NCBI GenBank assembly: GCA_038235705.1 | Contig: JBBSTR010000005.1 | Coordinates: forward strand, 5,294-69,293 | Origin: Mycobacteriales bacterium | Lineage (GTDB): Bacteria; Actinomycetota; Actinomycetes; Mycobacteriales; SCTD01 | Length of the DNA stretch: 64,000 nt | Direction of reading: 5' to 3' | Shown here: piece after piece, positions 40,136 to 48,975 of the stretch | Layout of the letters: each line of letters starts with the position of its first letter | Position numbering within the stretch: the stretch's first letter is position 1 | The notes under the pieces: generated by a model | Seen by the model: only the letters and a program-made list of their open reading frames with translations | Databases searched by the model: none | What the model was told of the DNA's origin: nothing | Made by a program: the position numbers and the translations under genes

Positions 40136-41373
40136 GCGACCCTCGAGGGCTGACCCGCCGCGGTCTGCTGGGCCGGGCCGGGGGAGCGGTGCTGATCGGT
40201 GGGGTCGCGTACGCCCTGCCGCGACCGACCGATGCCGGGGCTGCCGGGGCTGCCGTGGCTCCCGTGGCTCCCGTGGCTCCCGCAGTGCCGTTGCCGCCGG
40301 CGCAGGTCCCGGTCGTGCCGTTCCACGGGCCCCACCAGGCTGGCATCGCGACCCCCCGCCCGGCGCACGTGGTGCTGACGTCCTACGACCTGCGCGGTGC
40401 GTCCCTCGGACTGCACTCGTTGTTCTCGGGCTGGAGCCGGGACGCCCGTGCCCTGACGGCGGGCACTGCGACGGGCGGGGCGACCGACGCGGCCCTCGCC
40501 GGCAGCGGCCCGGCCCGGCTGACCGTGACGGTGGGGGTCGGCGGCACCCTGCTCGACCGGTCCGGCGTCACCCGGCCGACCTCGCTCGCCGAGCTGCCGG
40601 CGTTCCCGGGGGAGCAGCTCGACCCAGCCCGGTCCGGCGGGGACCTGTGTGTCCAGGTGTGCGCCGACGACCCGCTCGTCGCCGTCACCGCCGCCCGGAC
40701 GCTGACGTCCACGGCGCGCCCGTACGCCCGGGTGCGCTGGCAGCAGCGCGGCTTCGGGCAGCCGACCGGCAACGTGCACGTGACACCTCGCAACCTCATG
40801 GGTCAGGTCGACGGCACCGACGACGTCGTCCCCGCGCCGGACCAGCTCGGCGGCCCGATCTGGGTGGGGCAGGACGCCGACCCTGCGTGGCTGCGCGGAG
40901 GCAGCGTGCTCGTCTACCGCCGGATCCGGATGCTCCTGGAGGAGTGGGACCGCACCCCCCTTCCGGACCAGGAGCGGGTCATCGGGCGGGACAAGCGCAG
41001 CGGCGCTCCGCTCGGGGCGACGGGTGAGCACGACCCGCTGAACCTCGTGGCGAAGGACCGCACCGGGGCGCTCGTCGTTCCCGCGGATGCGCACGTGCGG
41101 TTGGCGCACCCGTCCGCGAACCGGGGCGCGCTCATGCACCGCAGGGGGTTCTCCTACGACGACGGGCTGCTGCCCGGTGGCGAGCCGGACGCCGGGTTGA
41201 TGTTCCTCGCCTTCCAGAGCGACCCGGCTCACGGGTTCACGCCGGTGCAGCAGCGCCTCGCCGCCTCCGACGCGCTGAACGCCTTCACGGTCCACACCGC
41301 GAGCGCGGTGTTCGCGATGCTGCCCGGGCTCGTCGACGACCGCGACACCTACGGGCGCACCCTGCCGGTCTGA
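40132..41373 (+). CDS. Tat-exported DyP-type peroxidase (DtpA/EfeB-like)
   Basis: TRRGLL Tat motif, FHGPHQAGI, MGQVDGT, DAHVRLA, RRGFSY. Confidence 0.93.
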   Translation: MSDPRGLTRRGLLGRAGGAVLIGGVAYALPRPTDAGAAGAAVAPVAPVAPAVPLPPAQVPVVPFHGPHQAGIATPRPAHVVLTSYDLRGASLGLHSLFSGWSRDARALTAGTATGGATDAALAGSGPARLTVTVGVGGTLLDRSGVTRPTSLAELPAFPGEQLDPARSGGDLCVQVCADDPLVAVTAARTLTSTARPYARVRWQQRGFGQPTGNVHVTPRNLMGQVDGTDDVVPAPDQLGGPIWVGQDADPAWLRGGSVLVYRRIRMLLEEWDRTPLPDQERVIGRDKRSGAPLGATGEHDPLNLVAKDRTGALVVPADAHVRLAHPSANRGALMHRRGFSYDDGLLPGGEPDAGLMFLAFQSDPAHGFTPVQQRLAASDALNAFTVHTASAVFAMLPGLVDDRDTYGRTLPV

Positions 41374-42347
41374 CGGGAGCGGCGGTCGGCCATCACGTCG
41401 GCCAGGTGCTGCGCCCGTTCGGCCTCCGGGCCGGCGGAACGGGTGGCGTCGAGGAAGACGCCGGCGATGTCGGGGAAGCGCTCCCGCAGGTCGGACTCGA
41501 CGCGGCTGGAGAAGTCCTCGACGTGGGAGGTGTCCGAGCCGTCCGCGAGGTCCAGGTGCACGGCCACGAGCATCCGGTTCGGACCGAGCATCATCGTGAG
41601 CAGGTCGATCACGCTGTCCACCTCGGGGTAGGCGGACAGCGCGTCGTACAGGGCGAGCCGTTGCTCGGGGTCGGTGGCTTCGCCGATCAGCAGCTCCTTG
41701 GTGTCCCGCCCGAGCAGGAAGGCCACCACGACCAGCAGGAGTCCCACGCAGATCGCGGCGGCCCCGTCGTAGCGGGCGTTCCCGGTGAGCTCGTGCAGGC
41801 CGAGACCGGTGAAGGCGATCAGCAGCCCGACCACGGCGGCGGCGTCCTCGGAGACGACGGTCTTGACGGTCGGGTCGGTGGACAGCCGTACGTGCTGCCA
41901 GGTCGTGCGGCCCCGCTCGCGGGCCTCCCCGCGGGTCTGCCTCAGCGCCTTCGCTAACGACGCGCCCTCCAGCACCATGGCCACCGCCAGCACGATGTAG
42001 CCGATCAGGTAGGACGGCTCCTCGGTCTGGGGGTGCACGAGCGAGGTGATCCCGTCGTACAGCGAGAACAGGCCGCCCGCGACGAAGATCCCGACCGCGG
42101 CGAGCAGCGACCAGAAGAAGCGCTCCTTGCCGTAGCCGAACGGGTGGGTGGCGTCCGGTGCCCTCGCTCCTCGGCGCAGCGAGGCCAGCAGGAACAGCTC
42201 GTTGGCCGTGTCCGCGATCGAGTGGCCGGCCTCGGCCAGCAGGACGCTGGAGCCGGTGACCAGGGCCGCGGCCAGCTTGGCGACGGCGATGCCGGCGTTG
42301 GCGCCAAGGGCGAGCAGAACGGTGCTCTTGCTGTCGCTGTCGCTCAC
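41349..42347 (-). CDS. Cation diffusion facilitator family transporter
   Basis: AEAGHSIAD, HPFGYGKERFFW, EDAAA; convergent and overlapping the DyP 3' end by 25 bp. Confidence 0.92.
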   Translation of the reverse strand: MSDSDSKSTVLLALGANAGIAVAKLAAALVTGSSVLLAEAGHSIADTANELFLLASLRRGARAPDATHPFGYGKERFFWSLLAAVGIFVAGGLFSLYDGITSLVHPQTEEPSYLIGYIVLAVAMVLEGASLAKALRQTRGEARERGRTTWQHVRLSTDPTVKTVVSEDAAAVVGLLIAFTGLGLHELTGNARYDGAAAICVGLLLVVVAFLLGRDTKELLIGEATDPEQRLALYDALSAYPEVDSVIDLLTMMLGPNRMLVAVHLDLADGSDTSHVEDFSSRVESDLRERFPDIAGVFLDATRSAGPEAERAQHLADVMADRRSRQTGRVRP

Positions 42348-42391
42348 GTCGGTGCTGGTGCCCGGACAAGCAGGGGTGAACCACAGCACAG

Positions 42392-42424
42392 GCGGAGGGA
42401 TCTCTCCGCTTTCTGCGATACCGT
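42392..42424 (+). promoter_or_regulatory. Palindromic operator plus -10 of the MFS-TetR unit
   Basis: GCGGAG-GGATCT-CTCCGC (42392-42409), then TACCGT (42419-42424) 6 nt before GTG 42431. Confidence 0.6.
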
Positions 42425-42430
42425 GCCTCG

Positions 42431-43924
42431 GTGCTCACCGCCCGGCTCCGCCTGCCCAGCAGCTATCGCCTGACCTACCTCGTGCTGCTGCTCGGCGTGA
42501 CCTCCTTCTCGCTGCTGCAGTCCATGGTCAACCCGGTGCTGCCGACCATCCAGGCTGCGGTCGGCACCGATCAGCAGACCGTCACGTGGCTGCTCACCGC
42601 CTACCTGTTGTCGGCCTCGGTGTTCACTCCCATCATCGGCAGGGTCGGGGACAAGGTCGGCAAGGAGAAGATGCTCGTCCTGACGATGGTCGCCCTTGCC
42701 GTCGGATCCCTCATGGCCGCGCTCGCGACGAGCATCGGCGTGCTGATCGTTGCCCGGGTCGTGCAGGGGGTCGGTGGAGGTGTCCTCCCGTTGACGTTCG
42801 GCATCATCCGTGACGAGTTCCCCCGTGAGAAGGTCGCCGGCGCCGTCGGTACGGCCGCCGCGCTGCTGGCCGTCGGCGGGGGTCTCGGGCTCGTGATCGC
42901 CGGCCCGATCGTCGACGCGCTCAGCTACCACTGGCTGTTCTGGTTGCCGATGATCATGACCATCGTCGCGGCTCTCGCAGCAGCTGCTTTCGTTCCCCCC
43001 TCACCGGTACGCACGCCCGGGAAGATCTCGGTGATCGCGGCGCTGCTGCTGTCCGGCTGGCTCGTCTGCCTCCTGCTCGCGGTCAGCCAGGGCCGCACGT
43101 GGGGCTGGGCCTCCGGTCGCACGGTCGGTCTGTTCGCCGCCGCGGTCGTGATCGCCGCCGTCTGGGTCCGTAAGGAGGTGCGTAGCAGCGAGCCGCTCAT
43201 CGACATGCAGATGATGCGTGTGCCCGCGGTCTGGACCACCAACGTGGTGGCCCTGCTGTTCGGTGCCGGGATGTATTCAGCGTTCGCGTTCCTGCCCCAG
43301 TTCCTGCAGACCTCGAGCGTCACCGGCTACGGCTTCGGCGAGACCGTCACGGCGTCTGGGCTGATCATGCTGCCGCAGTCGGTCGCCACCTTCATAGCCG
43401 GGCTCATGACCGGCCGGCTGGCCGCCCGGCACGGGTCACAGCGTGTGCTGGTGTTCGGCTCCGGCCTGAGCGCGGTGAGCATGCTGGCCCTGGTGCTCGT
43501 GCACGGCGAGGTGTGGATGGTGCTCGTCGAGACCTCGGTGATGGGGCTCGCCTTCGGTCTGGCCTACGCCGCGATGAGCAACCTGGTCGTTGAGTCCGTG
43601 CCGGCCAGCCAGACCGGGGTCGCGAGCGGCATGAACGCCAACATCCGCACCATCGGTGGCGCGCTGGGCGGTGCGGCGCTCGCCAGTGTCGTCACGGCGG
43701 GCGCCCGGCCGGACGGCCTGCCGGTCGAGGCCGGCTACACGTCCGGGTTCGCGGTGCTCGCCGGCTGCTACGCGCTCGCGACCGTCGTAGCGCTGTTCAT
43801 CCCCGCCCGCGGACGTGTCGTCCCGCCGGGCGAGGAGATCCACCATGCCGAGGCCGGACTGGTCGCCGAGGGGCCGCTCGTCACGCCGAGCCGCAACGTC
43901 CCTGACCTGGCCGGCCAGCAGTGA
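42431..43924 (+). CDS. MFS transporter (14-TM DHA2-like)
   Basis: WLLTAYLL, GRVGDKVGK motif A, RVVQGVGG. Confidence 0.92.
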   Translation: MLTARLRLPSSYRLTYLVLLLGVTSFSLLQSMVNPVLPTIQAAVGTDQQTVTWLLTAYLLSASVFTPIIGRVGDKVGKEKMLVLTMVALAVGSLMAALATSIGVLIVARVVQGVGGGVLPLTFGIIRDEFPREKVAGAVGTAAALLAVGGGLGLVIAGPIVDALSYHWLFWLPMIMTIVAALAAAAFVPPSPVRTPGKISVIAALLLSGWLVCLLLAVSQGRTWGWASGRTVGLFAAAVVIAAVWVRKEVRSSEPLIDMQMMRVPAVWTTNVVALLFGAGMYSAFAFLPQFLQTSSVTGYGFGETVTASGLIMLPQSVATFIAGLMTGRLAARHGSQRVLVFGSGLSAVSMLALVLVHGEVWMVLVETSVMGLAFGLAYAAMSNLVVESVPASQTGVASGMNANIRTIGGALGGAALASVVTAGARPDGLPVEAGYTSGFAVLAGCYALATVVALFIPARGRVVPPGEEIHHAEAGLVAEGPLVTPSRNVPDLAGQQ

Positions 43925-44481
43925 GCGCGCCGAACGCTCCGGAGCGACGTCTGCGCAAGGACGCCGCGCAGAATCGCGCACGGCTGCTCGAAGCCGCCGC
44001 GCACGTGTTCCACGAGCAAGGGGTCGGGGCCTGCCTGGACGACGTCGCCCGTCGGGCCGAGGTGGGCGTAGGCACCCTCTACCGCCGCTTCCCCAGCCGC
44101 GAGGCGCTGCTGGAAGCTTTGCTCGGCGACCTGCTCACGGTCTGGTCGGCGGAGGCCGACCGTGCACTGGCCATGCCGGACGGGACCGGGCTCGCTGCGT
44201 TCCTGCGAGCGGTCGGTGCGGTGCAGGCATCACCGCGGGGCTGCTCGCTGCGGCTGTGGACCTCCCCCGCTGCGGAGCAGGGCCGGGCTGCGGTGGGGCA
44301 TCAGATGCAGGCGTTGCTCCAGGATGCGCAGGCGCGCGGCACCTGCCGACGCGACGTCAGCGTCGACGACCTCGTCGCGATCCTCGTGGCGTTGCGAGGC
44401 GTTCGAGAGCTGCCGGTGGGAGACGTTGCCCTGGACTGGCGACGCCATCTCGAGCTGTGCCTGGCCGGGCTCAGGCCCTGA
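43921..44481 (+). CDS. TetR/AcrR family regulator
   Basis: LRKDAAQNRARLL, DDVARRAEVGVGTLYRRFP. Confidence 0.92.
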   Translation: MSAPNAPERRLRKDAAQNRARLLEAAAHVFHEQGVGACLDDVARRAEVGVGTLYRRFPSREALLEALLGDLLTVWSAEADRALAMPDGTGLAAFLRAVGAVQASPRGCSLRLWTSPAAEQGRAAVGHQMQALLQDAQARGTCRRDVSVDDLVAILVALRGVRELPVGDVALDWRRHLELCLAGLRP

Positions 44482-44490
44482 CCGGACGCC

Positions 44491-45294
44491 TCAGGAGATG
44501 ACCACGTCGTCGAGACCGGCCTCGGGCTCGGGGTAGGCCAGGTCGAGCCCCTCCAGGGTCTTCACGAGGATGCGTGCGACGGCAACGTTGCGATACCACT
44601 TACGGTCGGCCGGGACGACGTACCAGGGCGCGTCCTTCGTGGACGTAGCGCTGAGCGTCTCGGCGTACACCCGCTGGTAGTCCCCCCAGAACGTCCGCTC
44701 CTCGAGATCGGCGGCGGCGAACTTCCAACGCTTGTCCGGCTCGTCGAGCCGTGCCTGCAGACGCTCGGCCTGCTCGTCCTTGCTGATGTGGAGGAAGAGC
44801 TTCACGATCGTGGTGCCTTCGTCGACGAGCAGCTGCTCGAAAGCGCGGATGTGCGACAACCGCTTCTTCGCCTGGGCGTCGTCGACCCAGCCGTGCACCC
44901 TGGTAACCAGGACGTCCTCGTAGTGCGACCGGTTGAACACCACCAGCTCGCCGTCGCCGGGGACGTGCGGATGGACGCGCCACAGGTAGTCGTGGGCCAG
45001 CTCTTCCGCACTCGGCTTCTTGAACGACCGCATCCGGACGCCGATCGGGTCCACGTCGTGGAAGACGTGCCGGATCGTGCCGTCCTTGCCGCCGGTGTCC
45101 ATCCCCTGGAGCACCACGAGCACCCGGTGGGTGTTCTCTGCATAGAGGACGTCTTGCAGCTCGGCAAGCCGCGCCCGCAGCTCGACGAACTCGGGAAGGG
45201 AGTCCTTCTTGCCGGCGTCAGATCCAGGCGTGCTCCGTGGATCGATGTCGGCCAGGTCGAGCTTCTTGCCGCGCGGGACCCGGTGAAGGCTCAT
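44491..45294 (-). CDS. ppk2: Polyphosphate kinase 2 family protein (class III-like)
   Basis: LQGMDTGGKDG, FNRSHYEDV, KLFLHISK.EQ, APWYVVPADRKW. Confidence 0.92.
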   Translation of the reverse strand: MSLHRVPRGKKLDLADIDPRSTPGSDAGKKDSLPEFVELRARLAELQDVLYAENTHRVLVVLQGMDTGGKDGTIRHVFHDVDPIGVRMRSFKKPSAEELAHDYLWRVHPHVPGDGELVVFNRSHYEDVLVTRVHGWVDDAQAKKRLSHIRAFEQLLVDEGTTIVKLFLHISKDEQAERLQARLDEPDKRWKFAAADLEERTFWGDYQRVYAETLSATSTKDAPWYVVPADRKWYRNVAVARILVKTLEGLDLAYPEPEAGLDDVVIS

Positions 45295-45389
45295 GCCGGG
45301 AGAGTACGGCGACGGCCGGATCACGCGTGCAGCACCCTGGCACGATCGAGGCGGTCTCGACACGGCGGGTCACAAGGTTGAGCCGAGCT

Positions 45390-45404
45390 CATGAAAATTT
45401 CCTG
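45390..45404. promoter_or_regulatory. AT-rich near-palindrome, candidate repressor site for the sugar ABC operon
   Basis: CATGAAAATTTCCTG stands out in very GC-rich DNA about 110 bp upstream of the binding-protein gene. Confidence 0.4.
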
Positions 45405-45509
45405 AACACGTAGGCCGTCCGAAACGGGGGGCATACAGTCCGGGAAGCTCGCAACTGGTCGAAGCGACGGGGCTCGACGCCCCTGGACAAGAATAAGAAG
45501 GGTGTCTTC

Positions 45510-46751
45510 ATGCGCAAGAACATCGGTTTTCTCGCAGCTGGTCTCACCGGTGCGCTCGCGCTCAGCGCCTGCGGCTCCAGCGGAGGCTCGTCTCCCGGAG
45601 CCGCCACCAACGCCCCGGCTGCCAGCGGGTCCTCTTCCGCCTCGGCCAGCGCGTCCGCGGCTGCGGACCCGACAGGCGCCTGCAAGCTGACCGACCCGCC
45701 CAAGAGCAAGGCCTCCGCTCCGCCGGCAGCCACGTCCACGGCCAAGGTGAGCGGCAAGGTGGGCGTGATCCTGCCGGACACCACGTCCTCCACCCGCTAC
45801 ACCCTGTATGACGCGCCGCTGCTGACCAAGGCGCTCACCGACGCCGGCATCACCCCCGACGTGCAGAACGCCGGCGGCAGCACGGCACGTTTCCAGCAGA
45901 TCGCGCAAGGCATGATCGGCGCCGGCGTCAAGGTCCTGATGATCGATTCCATCGACGCGACCTCCGGTGCCGCCGTCGAGCAGCAGGCGAAGGCCGCCGG
46001 CGTCAAGGTCATCGACTACGACCGCGTCAACCTCGGGGGCTCTGCCGACTACTACGTGTCCTTCGACAACGAGGACGTCGGACGGCTGCAGGGTCAGACG
46101 CTGGTCGACTGCCTCAAGGCCGACAACGTCACGAAGCCGTCGATCATCGAGATGGACGGCGGCACCGACGTCGACAACAACGCCGTCCTGTTCGCCAAGG
46201 GCGCCAACTCCGTCCTCAAGCCGCTCGCCGACTCCGGCGACCTGACGCTCGCCTCGGAGTCGGTCGTCAAGGGCTGGGACGTCAACCAGGCCGCGCCGAC
46301 CTTCACCCAGGCGCTCACCGCCGCGGGCGGCAAGGTGGACGGCGTCCTCGCCGCGAACGACGACATCGCCAACGCGGTGATCGGTGTCCTCAAGGGCAAC
46401 GGGCTCGCCGGCCGGGTCACCATCACCGGCCAGGACGCCGGTGTCAACGGCCTGCAGAACATCATCAACGGCCAGCAGAGCATGACGATCTTCAAGAACG
46501 TCAAGCTGGAGGCGAACGCAGCGGCTCAGCTGGCGATCGCGCTGATCGCGGGTACCGACCCCAGCCAGGCCGGGCTGACGCTGACCGATTTTGCAGACCC
46601 GAAGGCGCCTGACCACAAGCTGAAGGCCCTGCTGCTGCCGGCCGAGGTCATCACCCAGGCCAACATCAAGGACGTCATCGACGCCGGCGCCCTCACCAAG
46701 GCAGACATCTGCAAGGGCATCGAAGACGCCTGCACCAAGCTCGGGCTCTAG
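45510..46751 (+). CDS. Sugar ABC transporter substrate-binding lipoprotein (XylF/ChvE-like)
   Basis: Lipobox LSAC, VIDYDR, YYVSFDN..VG.LQG, AANDD, ITGQDA. Confidence 0.92.
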   Translation: MRKNIGFLAAGLTGALALSACGSSGGSSPGAATNAPAASGSSSASASASAAADPTGACKLTDPPKSKASAPPAATSTAKVSGKVGVILPDTTSSTRYTLYDAPLLTKALTDAGITPDVQNAGGSTARFQQIAQGMIGAGVKVLMIDSIDATSGAAVEQQAKAAGVKVIDYDRVNLGGSADYYVSFDNEDVGRLQGQTLVDCLKADNVTKPSIIEMDGGTDVDNNAVLFAKGANSVLKPLADSGDLTLASESVVKGWDVNQAAPTFTQALTAAGGKVDGVLAANDDIANAVIGVLKGNGLAGRVTITGQDAGVNGLQNIINGQQSMTIFKNVKLEANAAAQLAIALIAGTDPSQAGLTLTDFADPKAPDHKLKALLLPAEVITQANIKDVIDAGALTKADICKGIEDACTKLGL

Positions 46752-46755
46752 TCGG

Positions 46756-47526
46756 GTGGCCGACCCCCTGCTCCAGATCACCGGGCTGAACAAGAGCTTC
46801 GGGCCGGCGCACGTCCTGCACGACATCGACTTCGCGCTCTACCCCGGCGAGGTGACGGCCCTCGTCGGGGACAACGGTGCCGGGAAGTCGACCCTGGTCA
46901 AGTGCGTCGCCGGGATCAACAGCCTGGACACCGGGACGATCACGTTCGACGGCAAGCCGGTGATCATCAACGATCCTCGCGAAGCGACCGCTCTCGGGAT
47001 CGAGTTCGTCTACCAGGACCTTGCACTGGCTGACAACCTCGACATCACCCAGAACATGTTCCTGGGCCGTGAGATCCGCCGGTTCGGCTTCATGGCTGAC
47101 GGTCAGATGGAACGCAAGGCTCGCGAGACGCTGGCGGGTCTGTCCGTGCGGACGGTCAGCTCGGTCCGTCAGCTGGTCTCCAGCCTGTCCGGAGGCCAGC
47201 GGCAGACCGTCGCCATCGCCAAGGCGGTGCTCTGGAACAGCAAGGTGGTCTTCTTGGACGAGCCGACCGCCGCGCTGGGAGTCGCCCAGACCAGGCAGGT
47301 CCTGGACCTGGTGCGACGTCTCGCCGACCAGGGCCTCGCGGTCTGCCTCATCTCGCACAACATGAACGAGGTGATGGAGGTGGCCGACCGGGTCGACGCG
47401 CTCTACCTCGGGCGGATCGCCGCCGAGGTGCTCACCAAGGACAGCAGCACCACCCAGATCGTGGAGCTGATCACCGCCGGTCGCAGCGGCGACATCGGCC
47501 TCGCCGACATCACCGACGAAGGGTGA
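46756..47526 (+). CDS. Sugar ABC transporter ATP-binding protein
   Basis: GDNGAGKST, LSGGQRQ, LDEPT. Confidence 0.95.
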   Translation: MADPLLQITGLNKSFGPAHVLHDIDFALYPGEVTALVGDNGAGKSTLVKCVAGINSLDTGTITFDGKPVIINDPREATALGIEFVYQDLALADNLDITQNMFLGREIRRFGFMADGQMERKARETLAGLSVRTVSSVRQLVSSLSGGQRQTVAIAKAVLWNSKVVFLDEPTAALGVAQTRQVLDLVRRLADQGLAVCLISHNMNEVMEVADRVDALYLGRIAAEVLTKDSSTTQIVELITAGRSGDIGLADITDEG

Positions 47527-47533
47527 GGCAGGT

Positions 47534-48949
47534 ATGAGCGCGAGCACGCAGACCGACGCGGACGAGGGTGCTGGCCCGGGCGGGTTCGCGCTAGACGTCG
47601 ACCGGCGCACGATCCCGATCGCCCTGCGGTCCTACGTCGGTCGGTTGCGCTCGGGCGACCCGGGTGCTCTCCCGGCCGTGCTCGGCCTGATCGTGCTCGC
47701 CGTGATCTTCAGTCGGGTGAGCGATCAGTTCTTGACCAAGTTCAACGTGGGCAACCTTCCCGGGCAGGGCGCCTACATCGCGATCATCGCGATGGGTCTG
47801 GTCTTCGTGCTGCTGCTCGGTGAGATCGACCTGTCAGCCGGTACTGCGGGCGGGGTCTGCGCAGGCTTCGCCGCCCGTGCGATCTTCGGGGGTGGCCTGC
47901 ACGGCAGCGTGAACGGGGCGCTGTTCTGGTCCCTGATCGTGCTCATGCTCGGCTCGATCGCGCTCGGGGCCTACCTCAAGTGCATCACCGGCCCCGCTGT
48001 CGTTGCCGTCGGGGTGATCATCGCGCTTACCGGGCTCGATCAGCACGTCATCCCGGCCCTGCTGCTCGCCATCTCGGTGGGCTGCGCGATCGGGATCTAC
48101 ACCGGTTGGCTGGTCGCCCAGGTCGGGATCCCGAGCTTCGTCGTCACTCTGGCCCTGTTCCTGGCCTTCCAGGGCGTCCTGCTGTTCGCGCTGTCCTCCC
48201 AGCCGATCGGGGTTAACAACTACGAGTTCTGGTTCGGGCTGGCGCACAGCAACATGACCCCCTTCTGGAGCTGGGTCTTCACGCTGGTCATCGTCCTTGG
48301 CTATCTGGCCTTCACTCTCAGCCGCGCCCTGCGTGCCAAGGCCCAGGGGCTTGCGGCCGACGCCATCGAGCTGGTGCTGGTCCGGTTCGGCGTCCTGGCG
48401 GTCATCGGGTTGGTGCTGACCTACCTGGCGGTCCAGAACCGCAACACCAACGACTTCCTGGTGATCGCCGGGATCCCGTACGCCGCCGCCGTACCGATCG
48501 TCTTGATGATCGTCATGACGATCGCGCTGAACCGTACGACCTGGGGGCGGCACCTTTTCGCGACCGGCGGGAACGAGGAGGCTGCAGTCAGGGCGGGTAT
48601 CGACGTGCGGCGCATCAAGGTCACTGCTTTCACGGTCAACTCGGGCCTGGCCGCGCTCGGTGGCATCTTCCTGGCCTCGAACACCGGCGGGGCTCAGCTG
48701 GACCTCGGCGCCGGAAACATCCTGCTCTTCGCGGTCGCGGCTGCGGTCATCGGCGGCACGTCGCTGTTCGGTGGTCGCGGCAAACCCCGCGACGCCATCC
48801 TGGGTGCGTTGGTCATCGTGATGATCCCGAACGGGATCGGGCTCAAGCCCAACCTCGGGGTGCAGTACCAGCAGGTCATCACCGGTGCCGTGCTGCTGCT
48901 GGCCGCGGCGGTCGACGCCATCTCCCGGAGCCGGTCCCGCGCTCGGTAG
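47534..48949 (+). CDS. Sugar ABC transporter permease (XylH-like)
   Basis: LLGEIDLS, IPSFVVTL, GGNEEAA.RAGI, AAAVIGGTSL.GGRG. Confidence 0.93.
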   Translation: MSASTQTDADEGAGPGGFALDVDRRTIPIALRSYVGRLRSGDPGALPAVLGLIVLAVIFSRVSDQFLTKFNVGNLPGQGAYIAIIAMGLVFVLLLGEIDLSAGTAGGVCAGFAARAIFGGGLHGSVNGALFWSLIVLMLGSIALGAYLKCITGPAVVAVGVIIALTGLDQHVIPALLLAISVGCAIGIYTGWLVAQVGIPSFVVTLALFLAFQGVLLFALSSQPIGVNNYEFWFGLAHSNMTPFWSWVFTLVIVLGYLAFTLSRALRAKAQGLAADAIELVLVRFGVLAVIGLVLTYLAVQNRNTNDFLVIAGIPYAAAVPIVLMIVMTIALNRTTWGRHLFATGGNEEAAVRAGIDVRRIKVTAFTVNSGLAALGGIFLASNTGGAQLDLGAGNILLFAVAAAVIGGTSLFGGRGKPRDAILGALVIVMIPNGIGLKPNLGVQYQQVITGAVLLLAAAVDAISRSRSRAR

Positions 48950-48975
48950 CTATTGGTTCGTGAACGCGCCCGTCG

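Noticed and set aside
39094-41373. 759-aa DyP fusion
   Set aside because: The Tat signal starts at GTG 40132; the upstream part is an off-frame read of the CtaG-like gene.
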